Positions 55,526 to 64,000 of a DNA stretch of 64,000 bases are shown in pieces. The translations under genes and the position numbers were made by a program. The notes under the pieces were generated by a model, which made no database searches, was not told the DNA's origin, and worked only from the letters and a program-made list of their open reading frames with translations. The DNA lies in contig QJYK01000207.1 in the NCBI GenBank assembly GCA_003248075.1, positions 4,603-68,602 on the forward strand. Direction: 5' to 3'. Each line of letters opens with the position of its first letter. The stretch's first letter is position 1. This DNA comes from Gemmatimonadota bacterium (lineage in GTDB: Bacteria; Gemmatimonadota; Gemmatimonadetes; Longimicrobiales; Gaopeijiaceae).

Positions 55526-57388
55526 CTAGCGGGCGTCCGGAGACCAACGGTTGTCGGCCCGGTTGACGTCCGGGAAGCGCCGCTCCGGATCCAGAACCAC
55601 CTCGGTCACGGCGCCCGAGACCTCCAGCCGGATGGCCATGGCCCCGGAGCGCCACTCTCGCACGTCCGCCATTGCCCGACTGCGGGCACCCGTGTCCGTA
55701 CGTACCTCGACGATGACCGGCATCGGGATCTCGCCCCGGTCCTCCACGACCACGGTGACCGCTCCGTCCCCCTGGGTCACCTGCCCGATGCCCTGATCCA
55801 GGACACGGGTCGTGTACATCCAGGGTTGGAAGTACCAATCGAGGTCGCGGCCGGACACGTCCTCGAAGGTCCAGAACAGGTCCAGCGGCGTCGGGTGCTT
55901 GAAGGCCCATCGACGCAGGTACGCGCGCAGCGCGCCGTCGAAGACGGCCGGGCCCAGGATGGCGCGGAGCGCCCTGAAGACCGTCGCGGGCTTCTGATAG
56001 GATGCGATTCCGCGGTTTCCGAACGGTCCGTAGAGATCGGCAGGACGCATGGATTCCGTCTCCCGGTCGGTCCCGGCCACCCGTAGGTATCGGTCCATCG
56101 TCGAGAGCCCGGCATCCTCTTCCGGAAAGAGCAGCGGGGTCGCCAGGTCCTCCGCGAACGACGCCAGCCCCTCGTCCATCCAGGCGTGGCTGCGCTCGTC
56201 CGATCCCGCCACCATCGGCCACCACATGTGTGCGAGCTCGTGCGAGATCACCCCGTACAACGCCAGTGGCGTGCGTCCACCCCCGATGATCGTGATCATG
56301 GGGTACTCCATTCCACCCCCTATGACCCCCTCGTTGACCGTCATCTGCGGGTATGGATACGGATACCAGCTCGAGTGCGTCTCGATCGCGTGTCGCGCGA
56401 ACTCGGCACTCCGCCCCCAGTTGGGCTTGTCGGGGCGATAGAACGTGTAGATCGCGGAGCGGGCCGTCGTGCCATCGTCCGCCGGGTATTCGGCGACGGT
56501 ACCGTCCCACACGTACCGGCTCGAAGCGCCCCAAGCGAAGTCCCGCACATTGTGTGCGGCGAAGCGCCAGGTCAGCGTCCCGTCCGTTCCTGCAGGCGCG
56601 GTCGCTCGTCCCTCGTCCCGGTCCCTCCGGGTCACGATGTGGGTCACGCGCCCGCGCTCCAACGAGCGCATCCTGGAGACCGCATCGGCGGTCAGCACCT
56701 CGTCCGCATTCTCGAGGACCCCCGACGCGCTCACGAGCCAGCCGCCAGGCACGGTGACCTCCACGGTGAAGTCCCCGTAGTCGAGGTAGAACTCCCCGTC
56801 TCCCAGATAGGGGTCACGCACCCAACCGCGCAGATCGTCGTACGTCGCAACCTGCGGGTACCACTGTGCGAGGTAGAACACCTCGGAGGCCTCGCGCCCC
56901 ATGCGGAACGTCCCCTCAGGAACCAAGAAGCCCCAATCGATCTCGACAACAGCGGAGGCACGCGGAAGCAGAGGTGTTGTCAACGGCACGGACAGCACCG
57001 TGCCCACCGAGCCGGCCGCCCGTTGTAACGGAACAGCACGTCCCTGGACTACGATCCTCGTCACGTCGAATCCACCCGTGATCGGTGCGGTCCGATTCCG
57101 CGGACTACCCGGTGCGAACACGTTCTGCGCGAGGTTGAGCACGATCTCGCGCAGCGTATCCGGGGACTGATTCTGGTAAACGATCGCCTCCGATCCCGTG
57201 ACACGATTCTCCTCCGGGATGAGGCGTGTCCGAATGTCGTATGCGACGCGCTGCTGCCAGTACGATCCACCGGGGGCACCCGAGCGGCTGCGGGTGTCGT
57301 TGAGAAGCGCAGCCCGGTACGCGTCCGGAACGGGAATCGTGTCTGCGGGCAGCATCAGAAGACCGGCGAGGGCGAACGGATGCATCAT
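55526..57388 (-). CDS. M1-family zinc aminopeptidase
   Basis: GGMEYP, HELAH..WMDEG, YQKP; GGAGG RBS before MMHPFAL. Confidence 0.93.
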   Translation of the reverse strand: MMHPFALAGLLMLPADTIPVPDAYRAALLNDTRSRSGAPGGSYWQQRVAYDIRTRLIPEENRVTGSEAIVYQNQSPDTLREIVLNLAQNVFAPGSPRNRTAPITGGFDVTRIVVQGRAVPLQRAAGSVGTVLSVPLTTPLLPRASAVVEIDWGFLVPEGTFRMGREASEVFYLAQWYPQVATYDDLRGWVRDPYLGDGEFYLDYGDFTVEVTVPGGWLVSASGVLENADEVLTADAVSRMRSLERGRVTHIVTRRDRDEGRATAPAGTDGTLTWRFAAHNVRDFAWGASSRYVWDGTVAEYPADDGTTARSAIYTFYRPDKPNWGRSAEFARHAIETHSSWYPYPYPQMTVNEGVIGGGMEYPMITIIGGGRTPLALYGVISHELAHMWWPMVAGSDERSHAWMDEGLASFAEDLATPLLFPEEDAGLSTMDRYLRVAGTDRETESMRPADLYGPFGNRGIASYQKPATVFRALRAILGPAVFDGALRAYLRRWAFKHPTPLDLFWTFEDVSGRDLDWYFQPWMYTTRVLDQGIGQVTQGDGAVTVVVEDRGEIPMPVIVEVRTDTGARSRAMADVREWRSGAMAIRLEVSGAVTEVVLDPERRFPDVNRADNRWSPDAR

Positions 57389-57540
57389 GACGGACCTCCG
57401 ACCTCGGGCCGGCTCGTAGGCTGCTTGGCATGACGGCCGGTCCCAGGCGGGACCGGCGGCATCCGGAGTGTCGCTCCGGGGGGTCGGGGCCAGCAACCCC
57501 CCGGACGCGATGGATGGTCAGCGAAGCGCCGGCGAACGGC

Positions 57541-58092
57541 TCAGATCTGCTCGAGGTCCTTGCGCGCCCGGTCCAAGACCTCGCGGATCCGTTCGATCCG
57601 CTCCTCGTCCGAGCGCGCCGCGGCCTTGAACGCGGTCTTCGTCAAACGGCCCCACGCGCTCCAGATCTCCGCGCTCTCCGGGCCCACGGTCCCGCTCCAT
57701 TCCTTCCAGCCGCCGGCGCGTTTCCAGATGCGGGCGATGGACTCCTCGTGAAGCAGGATCTCCTCCCGCCCCGCGTCCGTCAGCTGATACACCTTCTTGC
57801 CATCTTCCTCCTGGACCCTGACGAGGCCCTCGTCCTCGAGCTGCTGCAGTACCGGATAGACGGTCCCGGCGCTGGCCTGATAGAGGCCCCCGGAGCGCTC
57901 CTCGAGCCTCTTCATGAGCTCGTATCCGTGCGCCGGACCGTCATCGAGAAGGGACAACAGGGCCAGTCGGACTTCCCCCTGACGAAAGAATGCCCGCCTG
58001 GGGCCCTGACCCCTCCCCGCCCGACCCCTTCCCCGCCGGCGGGGCCCGAACCCGAAGTCCCAATCGAAGATCCAGTCGAAATCCCGGCTCAT
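57541..58092 (-). CDS. PadR-family transcriptional regulator (YqjI-like)
   Basis: Arg/Gly-rich N-terminus, GEVRLALL..HGYELM..SAGTVYP.L..LEDEG..KKVYQLT. Confidence 0.92.
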   Translation of the reverse strand: MSRDFDWIFDWDFGFGPRRRGRGRAGRGQGPRRAFFRQGEVRLALLSLLDDGPAHGYELMKRLEERSGGLYQASAGTVYPVLQQLEDEGLVRVQEEDGKKVYQLTDAGREEILLHEESIARIWKRAGGWKEWSGTVGPESAEIWSAWGRLTKTAFKAAARSDEERIERIREVLDRARKDLEQI

Positions 58093-58138
58093 GCATCCGA
58101 TTCCAATCATCCTTCAATCCTCCGCGATGCAACGGACA

Positions 58139-58168
58139 ATGTATCGTAGATTGTGTCGTACGATATAT
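58139..58168. promoter_or_regulatory. Inverted repeat upstream of padR, probable autoregulatory operator
   Basis: ATGTATCGTA-N10-TACGATATAT, arms match 9/10, AT-rich. Confidence 0.65.
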
Positions 58169-58232
58169 ACTCCGATGCATCGCCGCAAGGCGTTTCGGGT
58201 CGGGTCAGATTGTGGACGATTCTCTCAAAAGC

Positions 58233-59132
58233 TCAGCGTCGCCCCAGCTCCTCCAACTCCTCGAGCGTGCGCGGCCAGTCGTCTCCGAGAAGGCGGCTGA
58301 GCCCGCGGTCGGCGAGGACCTTGCCCCCGGTCTGGCACCTGGCACAGTAGTTGGTTTCCCGATCCGCATACCTGATGCGCTGGATCGGTGACCCACACTG
58401 TGGGCATGGCTCCCCGAACCGGCCGTGCGCGGCCATGCCAGGGTGGAAGGCCGTGATCTTCTCGGGGAACGCGCCCGCGAACTCCTCGCGCAGACGGGCG
58501 ATCCACTCGCGCAGGGACGCCTGGGCGACCCAGTGCAGGCGCGACATCTCCTCGCCGTCCAGCTGGTGCGTGGTGCGCAAAGGGGAGAGACGGGCCTGGA
58601 GCAGGATCTCGTCCGAGTGGGCGTTTCCGATCCCACTCAGGATCCGCGGATCGGTCAGCGCCCGCTTGAGCGTCCGGTTCTCGCGCCTCAGCGCCGCCGA
58701 GAACTCCTCCAGCGAGCTGTCCAACACCTCGAGACCACCGGGATCGAGAGCTCCCAGGGCCTCATCCCCCCATACGGCGTGTAGTGAGGCCCGCTTGTGC
58801 GAGGCGCGCTCGGTGAGAAGAAGCGTGCCCGCAGGGAAGTCGAAGGCCCCGTGTGCACCTTTCCTGGGGACCGCCGCTCCCCTCTTCTTCCAGTGGAAGC
58901 GTCCCGAGATCATCAGATGGAAGACGAGATGGAGCCCGTCCTCGAGGTGCCAGACGATCCGCTTTCCGATTCGCCCGAATCCGGTGACCACTCTTCCCTC
59001 GGCGGCGGCGATCGGCGGATCCCAGGTGCGCAGCAGCGACGGCGACCGCAGCCGGATCCGTTCCAGGCGCTGGCCCGCAAGGTCGCGCTCGAGGGCCTCC
59101 ACGTAGGCTGTGATCTCGGGGAGTTCCGGCAT
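58233..59132 (-). CDS. Fpg/Nei-family DNA glycosylase
   Basis: MPELPE, GK, HLMISG, GIGNAHSDEIL, CPQC..CARC zinc finger. Confidence 0.95.
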   Translation of the reverse strand: MPELPEITAYVEALERDLAGQRLERIRLRSPSLLRTWDPPIAAAEGRVVTGFGRIGKRIVWHLEDGLHLVFHLMISGRFHWKKRGAAVPRKGAHGAFDFPAGTLLLTERASHKRASLHAVWGDEALGALDPGGLEVLDSSLEEFSAALRRENRTLKRALTDPRILSGIGNAHSDEILLQARLSPLRTTHQLDGEEMSRLHWVAQASLREWIARLREEFAGAFPEKITAFHPGMAAHGRFGEPCPQCGSPIQRIRYADRETNYCARCQTGGKVLADRGLSRLLGDDWPRTLEELEELGRR

Positions 59133-59227
59133 GTTCCCATGGTACCCGCGGCGGCCGCCTGAGACGAGCCCCTTGCGGCCAGGCTCCTCGGGCCGGAGGT
59201 TTTCTGTACGCCAGACGGGAGGCTCCC

Positions 59228-59554
59228 ATGGAAGCTCGCTGCACGGGGTGCGGGGGGCGGGTGATGCCGTACCACCAATACGTCACCCACTTCAGGCCGA
59301 CTGCGACATGCGCGTCCTGCGGGCGTGTCGTGCGCTTCCGGTTCTTTTCCCCCGTCCTGGTCGTGCTGGGCACGACCGTGCTCGTCTTTTTCGGCTTCAC
59401 GCGGTTCGTGGACTCGGTGGCCCTGGAAGTCACCGTGGGAGCGGCGCTGATCCTGCTCGGGCTCCTCGGCGACCTCTGGACCTACAAGAAGGTCGCATGG
59501 GATCCGGTACGCAGTGAAGGCGAGGCCACGGGCTCGCGTACCGCCTCAGCGTAG
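59228..59554 (+). CDS. Small zinc-ribbon membrane protein
   Basis: GGGAGG RBS, CTGC..CASC followed by two TM helices. Confidence 0.7.
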   Translation: MEARCTGCGGRVMPYHQYVTHFRPTATCASCGRVVRFRFFSPVLVVLGTTVLVFFGFTRFVDSVALEVTVGAALILLGLLGDLWTYKKVAWDPVRSEGEATGSRTASA

Positions 59555-60709
59555 GTCCAGCACCTGGCGCGTTACCAGGTCCCAGTAGGATCCGAAGCCC
59601 CCGGCGACCGCCACCGACACCGGTTGCAGCGTCTGCGTCGAATAGTAGCCGGGCACCGACGACGGGTGCGGCAGGCCCGACGTGGGAAAGTAGCTCCGGA
59701 TGATCACCGCGTCGGGATCTGCGGGGAGGGTGGCCAGGTTGTCCAGCCACGCAGCGAGCGTCCCGCCGCCCGCGAGGTAGAACTCCACGTTGGACGTGTA
59801 GAACGCGGTGAGCTCGACCCCCACCTCCTCCATCACCCGACCGATCTCACGCACGGCCCTGGGCCCCGACAGATCGCCGACGACAGGCACGATCCTGTTC
59901 GAGAGATGGAGTGCACGCACGGTCTCGTAGCCCGTTGCGCTCGCGAGCCAGGATGAGGGCTCACCCTCGATGTCGGTCTCCAGCACGAGCTGTCGGTAGG
60001 TCGGATAGTAGGGCCGTGGCCGTCGCCCGAAGCTGGTGAAGCGCAGGTCCATCCCCCAGCGGATGAACTCCTCGTGGAATCGCGCGATGGTCGCGCGGTC
60101 CTCGTCCGTGAGGGGTATCCCCATCTCGGAGACGGCCCGATCCACCTGTTCACGCAAGGCCACGACGACCGCCGAGTCGGCCCGATGCCCGTCGACCCAC
60201 GTCACCACCTCATCCAGCGATCGAACCGACCACGCGCCGGGGTCGGGTGGGGCCGGTCGACCGAGCAGGCCACTTAGGAACTCGACGCGGGTCGGTGCTC
60301 TCTCGACGAGCGCCTTGAGTAGGAGGTGCTCGAGCAGATTGTCTCGTCGGATGTCGGTGATGAAGGCCAGGTCGGGCCCGAGGCGTGCGATATAGGAGTA
60401 GTTCTGGTCGGGTCCGACACCGACGTAGCCCCCGCCGTGCAGCCCGAGCCGGTCCAACGCACCCACGACCTTGAGGTAGCCTCGCTCGTTCGAGATCAGG
60501 TTGTCGGTGTCGAAGTAGCCGGCCGGCTCGGATATGCGCTCGATCAGCGCCCCGAAGACCGAATCGGGGAGGGCTCCGGCCGGCGACGTGGAGCGCGCCG
60601 GACTCGTGACCGCCTGGGACGCCCCCCGGTCGCAGGCCGCGACTGCGCACAGCGCGAGAGCCAGGGGGAGGGAGAGGGGGAGGAAGGTCCCCCTACGCCG
60701 CTCAGCCAC
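59546..60709 (-). CDS. Hypothetical lipoprotein
   Basis: VAAC lipobox; globular sequence (YFDTDNLISNE, YVGVGPDQNYSYI, FYTSNVEFYL); overlaps the upstream stop. Confidence 0.82.
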   Translation of the reverse strand: MAERRRGTFLPLSLPLALALCAVAACDRGASQAVTSPARSTSPAGALPDSVFGALIERISEPAGYFDTDNLISNERGYLKVVGALDRLGLHGGGYVGVGPDQNYSYIARLGPDLAFITDIRRDNLLEHLLLKALVERAPTRVEFLSGLLGRPAPPDPGAWSVRSLDEVVTWVDGHRADSAVVVALREQVDRAVSEMGIPLTDEDRATIARFHEEFIRWGMDLRFTSFGRRPRPYYPTYRQLVLETDIEGEPSSWLASATGYETVRALHLSNRIVPVVGDLSGPRAVREIGRVMEEVGVELTAFYTSNVEFYLAGGGTLAAWLDNLATLPADPDAVIIRSYFPTSGLPHPSSVPGYYSTQTLQPVSVAVAGGFGSYWDLVTRQVLDLR

Positions 60710-63700
60710 CCGGACGTCTCGGGATCGGCACGGAATCGCCCGGGTCGGCCCGCACGCCGGCCTGGTTCATCCGTTGCTGCAGCGCCGGTACGCGGTCGGT
60801 CAGGTAGGCGTTGAGACGCTCGATGAGGGCAGGAACATCGTCCCAGGCCCGTTCGATCGCCCGCAGCTCATCCGCCGTGGGCGGACCCGCGTTCCTCTCC
60901 AGGCCGCCGGCGACCCGACCGAGCCCCGCCCTCTGCACCTCGGCGCGGAGTGAATCGAGCTCCTCGCCGAGGGCCTTGGCTTCGGCGACGAGCGCGTCGT
61001 CGGCGTCGACCTCCTCGAGGAGCGTGCTCGCCCCGTCCACGATGTCCTCGAGCCGCCGCAGCGTCCGCGTGGCCTGGGACAGCGAGCCCGAAAGGACCGC
61101 CGCGCCGCGTGCCGCACGGTGACGGGCCTCGAGTGCCACCCTGTCCACCTCCACGCGCGGGTCCATCCGCACGGTGACTTCGCGCTCCGCCACCTCGTCA
61201 CCCGCCTCGAGCCGCACGAGGTAGGTGCCTGGAAGAACCAGAGCGCCCCGGGGCGGTCCGCCGAATCCTCCGCCTCCACCCCCACCCCCGCCGGCACCCT
61301 CGGACGCCCCCGCCGGCGGCTCTTCGCGCATGTCCCAGACGACCTCGTGCAAGCCCCGCTTCCCCGAGCCCTCGAGCTTGCGAATGGCTTCACCCGTCGT
61401 CGTGGCGATCGTGAGCGTCGGTGCATCCGGTAGCTCGTCGGGGAGCCAGTAGCGGATCACCGCCCCGTCCGCGGGCCCGGGCGCCTCGTACAGATCGCCC
61501 CAGAACGGCCACCCTCCGGTTCGGAACCACTCGGTCGCGGTCGGCACGGGAAACAGGGTCATGGACCTGTCCGAGACGAGCCCTTCGGCCATGGTCACGA
61601 GCGGGCCCAGGTCGTCGAGGATCCAGATGCTGCGCCCATGCGTCCCGAGGATGAGGTCGTCGTCGCGCGGGTGGATCATGATGTCGTCGACGGGCACGGT
61701 CGGGAGCCCTTTCATGCGGTGCCACGTCGCACCTCGATCCACCGATACGAAAACGCCGATCTCGTTGCCCACGAAGAGCAGGTTTTCGGCGGCGGCATGC
61801 TCACGCACAGCGTTGACCGAATGCTCGGGCAGACCCGAGGAGATCGAGCGCCAGGACGCGCCGAAGTCCTGGCTCACGAACACGTACGGGCGGTAGTCGT
61901 CGTCGAAATGACGGTCGAAGGTGACATACACGCGGCCGGTCTCGTGCGCGGACGCGGCGATTCGACTTACGTAGGACCGACCCGGGAGCCCACCCACGTT
62001 GGCGATGACGTTGGTCCAGTTGGCGCCCCCGTCGCGCGTCACCTGCAGGTTGCCGTCGTCGGTGCCCACCCAGAGCACGTCGGGTGAGCGCGGGGACTCC
62101 TCGATCACGGTGATCGTGCCGTAGGCGCTGATCCCGTCGTTTCCCGAAAGTGTCTCCTCGGTGACCACCGCACCCATGATCTCGAGCGTGTCGCGGTCGA
62201 TGGACCTGGTCAGGTCGGGACTGGCCTCCTCCCAGGTGGCTCCGCCGTCGCGCGAGCGCATGAGGTGGTTGGATCCCACGTACACGGTTCCCGGCGTGTG
62301 CGGGGACGGCGCGATCGGGGCGTTCCAGTTGAAGCGATACTCGCGCTCCGGATCCTCTTCCGTGGGTCGGTCGGCCGGCCGGAGGTTCCAGCGCTCCCCG
62401 GTCACGAGGTCGACCCGGCCCGAGTTCCCGCCCTGCGACTCGGTGTACAGGACGTTCGTATCCCTCGGATCGAACTCGTTGTAGAAGCCGTCGCCACCCC
62501 AGACGTCCAGCCAATCGCGGTTACGCAGGCCGTACTCGGTGAGCGTGTGGTTGGGCGCGCACCAGGAGCTGTTGTCCTGGAGCCCGCCACAGACCCTGTA
62601 GGGGTCGTTCAGATCGGCGCCGACCTCGTAGAACTGGCCGATCGCCAGATTGTTGTGGTGTCGCCACGTACGCGAGCCGTCCCAGCTGGACGCGATCCCC
62701 CCGTCGTTGCCCAGGATCAGGTGGCTCGAGTTGGCCGGGTCGATCCACAGCGCGTGGTGATCCACGTGGATCCCCTCCGCGGCGTCTCCCTCCCACCAGG
62801 TCCGACCGCCGTCGTCCGACGCGCTGAAGGACACGCCCCCGAGGTAGACGCGCTCCGGGTTGTTCGGGTCGATGCGCACCTGGCTGAAGTACATGGGTCG
62901 GGGGTTTCGGTCGCTCACGCGCCGCCAGCTCTCGCCCCGGTCGTCCGATCGGTACAACCCCCGCCCTGCTCCGTCGGACTCCACCAGCGCGTAGACCAGG
63001 TTACCGTCCCGCCGGTACACGTCGATCCCGATGCGACCCTTGTCGCCCTCCGGAAGCCCGCGGGTCAGCTCGACCCAGGTGTCTCCGCCGTCGGTCGTAC
63101 GATAGAGCCCGCTCCCGCCCCCGCTCGCGCTGAAGCCGAACGCCGTGCGCCGGCGCTGGTACATGGCGGCGAACAATGTGTTGGGGTCGCCAGGGTCCAT
63201 GGTAAGGTCGATGGCTCCGGTGTTCTCGTCCACGTACAGAACCCGCTCCCAGGTGCGCCCGCCGTCCGAAGTGCGGTACACGCCCCGCTCCGCGTTGGGG
63301 CCCCACAGGTGCCCGACGGCGGCGACGAAGGCGACGTCCGGGTTGGACGGGTGCAGGCGGATGCGCGCCACGTGGCGGGTGCCTTCCAGGCCCGCCGGGG
63401 TCCACGTGCGTCCTCCGTCCGTCGAGCGGAACACGCCGCAGCCATAGGGCGAGCTCTGGCGGTTCTGGGGCTCACCCGTACCGACCCACACCACGTTCGG
63501 GTTCGCCTGGAGGATGGTGACGTCGCCGATGGAGGAGCAGGGCTGTTCGTCGAAAAGCGGCGTCCAGCTCATGCCCTGGTTGGTCGTCTTCCAGACGCCG
63601 CCGGTCGCGAGCCCCACGTAGAAGATCGATGGGTTCGACTCGACCGCGTCGATGTCCGCCACGCGGCCTCCGGTGATCGCTGGGCCCACCTCGCGGAAGG

Positions 63701-63809
63701 ACAGACCCTCCAGCGCGGTTTCGACGGGTTGCTGCGCGGCGGCAGCGAGCGGCATCCAGGCCGTGCCCACTGCGACGATGGCCATGCCGGCGGGTGTCGG
63801 ACGCATCAT
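60702..63809 (-). CDS. BNR/Asp-box (VPS10/sortilin-like) repeat exported protein
   Basis: FREVGP..GGRV, many S.DGG.TW repeats, HVDHHALW, GGLQDN, GTHGRSIW. Confidence 0.92.
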   Translation of the reverse strand: MMRPTPAGMAIVAVGTAWMPLAAAAQQPVETALEGLSFREVGPAITGGRVADIDAVESNPSIFYVGLATGGVWKTTNQGMSWTPLFDEQPCSSIGDVTILQANPNVVWVGTGEPQNRQSSPYGCGVFRSTDGGRTWTPAGLEGTRHVARIRLHPSNPDVAFVAAVGHLWGPNAERGVYRTSDGGRTWERVLYVDENTGAIDLTMDPGDPNTLFAAMYQRRRTAFGFSASGGGSGLYRTTDGGDTWVELTRGLPEGDKGRIGIDVYRRDGNLVYALVESDGAGRGLYRSDDRGESWRRVSDRNPRPMYFSQVRIDPNNPERVYLGGVSFSASDDGGRTWWEGDAAEGIHVDHHALWIDPANSSHLILGNDGGIASSWDGSRTWRHHNNLAIGQFYEVGADLNDPYRVCGGLQDNSSWCAPNHTLTEYGLRNRDWLDVWGGDGFYNEFDPRDTNVLYTESQGGNSGRVDLVTGERWNLRPADRPTEEDPEREYRFNWNAPIAPSPHTPGTVYVGSNHLMRSRDGGATWEEASPDLTRSIDRDTLEIMGAVVTEETLSGNDGISAYGTITVIEESPRSPDVLWVGTDDGNLQVTRDGGANWTNVIANVGGLPGRSYVSRIAASAHETGRVYVTFDRHFDDDYRPYVFVSQDFGASWRSISSGLPEHSVNAVREHAAAENLLFVGNEIGVFVSVDRGATWHRMKGLPTVPVDDIMIHPRDDDLILGTHGRSIWILDDLGPLVTMAEGLVSDRSMTLFPVPTATEWFRTGGWPFWGDLYEAPGPADGAVIRYWLPDELPDAPTLTIATTTGEAIRKLEGSGKRGLHEVVWDMREEPPAGASEGAGGGGGGGGGFGGPPRGALVLPGTYLVRLEAGDEVAEREVTVRMDPRVEVDRVALEARHRAARGAAVLSGSLSQATRTLRRLEDIVDGASTLLEEVDADDALVAEAKALGEELDSLRAEVQRAGLGRVAGGLERNAGPPTADELRAIERAWDDVPALIERLNAYLTDRVPALQQRMNQAGVRADPGDSVPIPRRPGG

Positions 63810-63925
63810 GGCTGGCTCTCCGGGATCGATGGTAGGAGCCTCGAAACGGCGCTGCCATCGGAAGCGGCGCAAGTGCCCCGGGTGCCCCGCTCGTCCGCCA
63901 GACCCCGGAGGGGGGGAGGCGGCCC

Positions 63926-64000
63926 TCAGCCGTCGGACGATCCCTCCCCGTCGGGAATCTCGGGGGGCGGCTCCTGCAGGGACGCGCGCAGCACCCCGCG
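63926..64000 (-). CDS. Possible 3' end of a gene entering from the right edge
   Basis: Open frame RGVLRASLQEPPPEIPDGEGSSDG-stop with GC3-rich codons; too short to identify. Confidence 0.3.
   Translation of the reverse strand, partial: RGVLRASLQEPPPEIPDGEGSSDG

Overview
A 64-kb, very GC-rich (roughly 70% by eye) chromosomal window from a diderm bacterium. The gene repertoire suggests Gemmatimonadota, but that is inference only. I found no rRNA, tRNA, CRISPR array, integrase or transposase. About 55 real genes lie among many GC-driven shadow ORFs. The left part holds a TonB receptor/ECF sigma/FecR signalling set, a Kef-type antiporter, peptidases and a porin/PLP-enzyme/amino-acid symporter cluster whose symporter is frameshifted. 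The centre is a low-oxygen respiration neighbourhood: a complete cbb3 oxidase operon (ccoNOQPGHIS), feoAB with a Fur-type box, a Tat-exported Mo-oxidoreductase pair, and a NarL-type regulator flanked by a PAS kinase and a second kinase that lacks its phospho-acceptor His. The most interesting locus is 43.7-49.8 kb. One arm encodes a heme-copper enzyme with Gln in place of the catalytic Tyr (eNOR-type NO reductase signature), plus a CuA subunit, a small membrane subunit and SCO. The divergent arm encodes a cytochrome b/2x[4Fe-4S]/MvhD-like fusion and a partner protein. Between them sit an AT-rich palindrome and an Rrf2 regulator that appears to start at CTG. The right part holds envelope proteins, ChaN, an M1 peptidase, PadR, Fpg and a BNR/VPS10-repeat protein. 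All calls come from reading motifs by eye; no searches were run.
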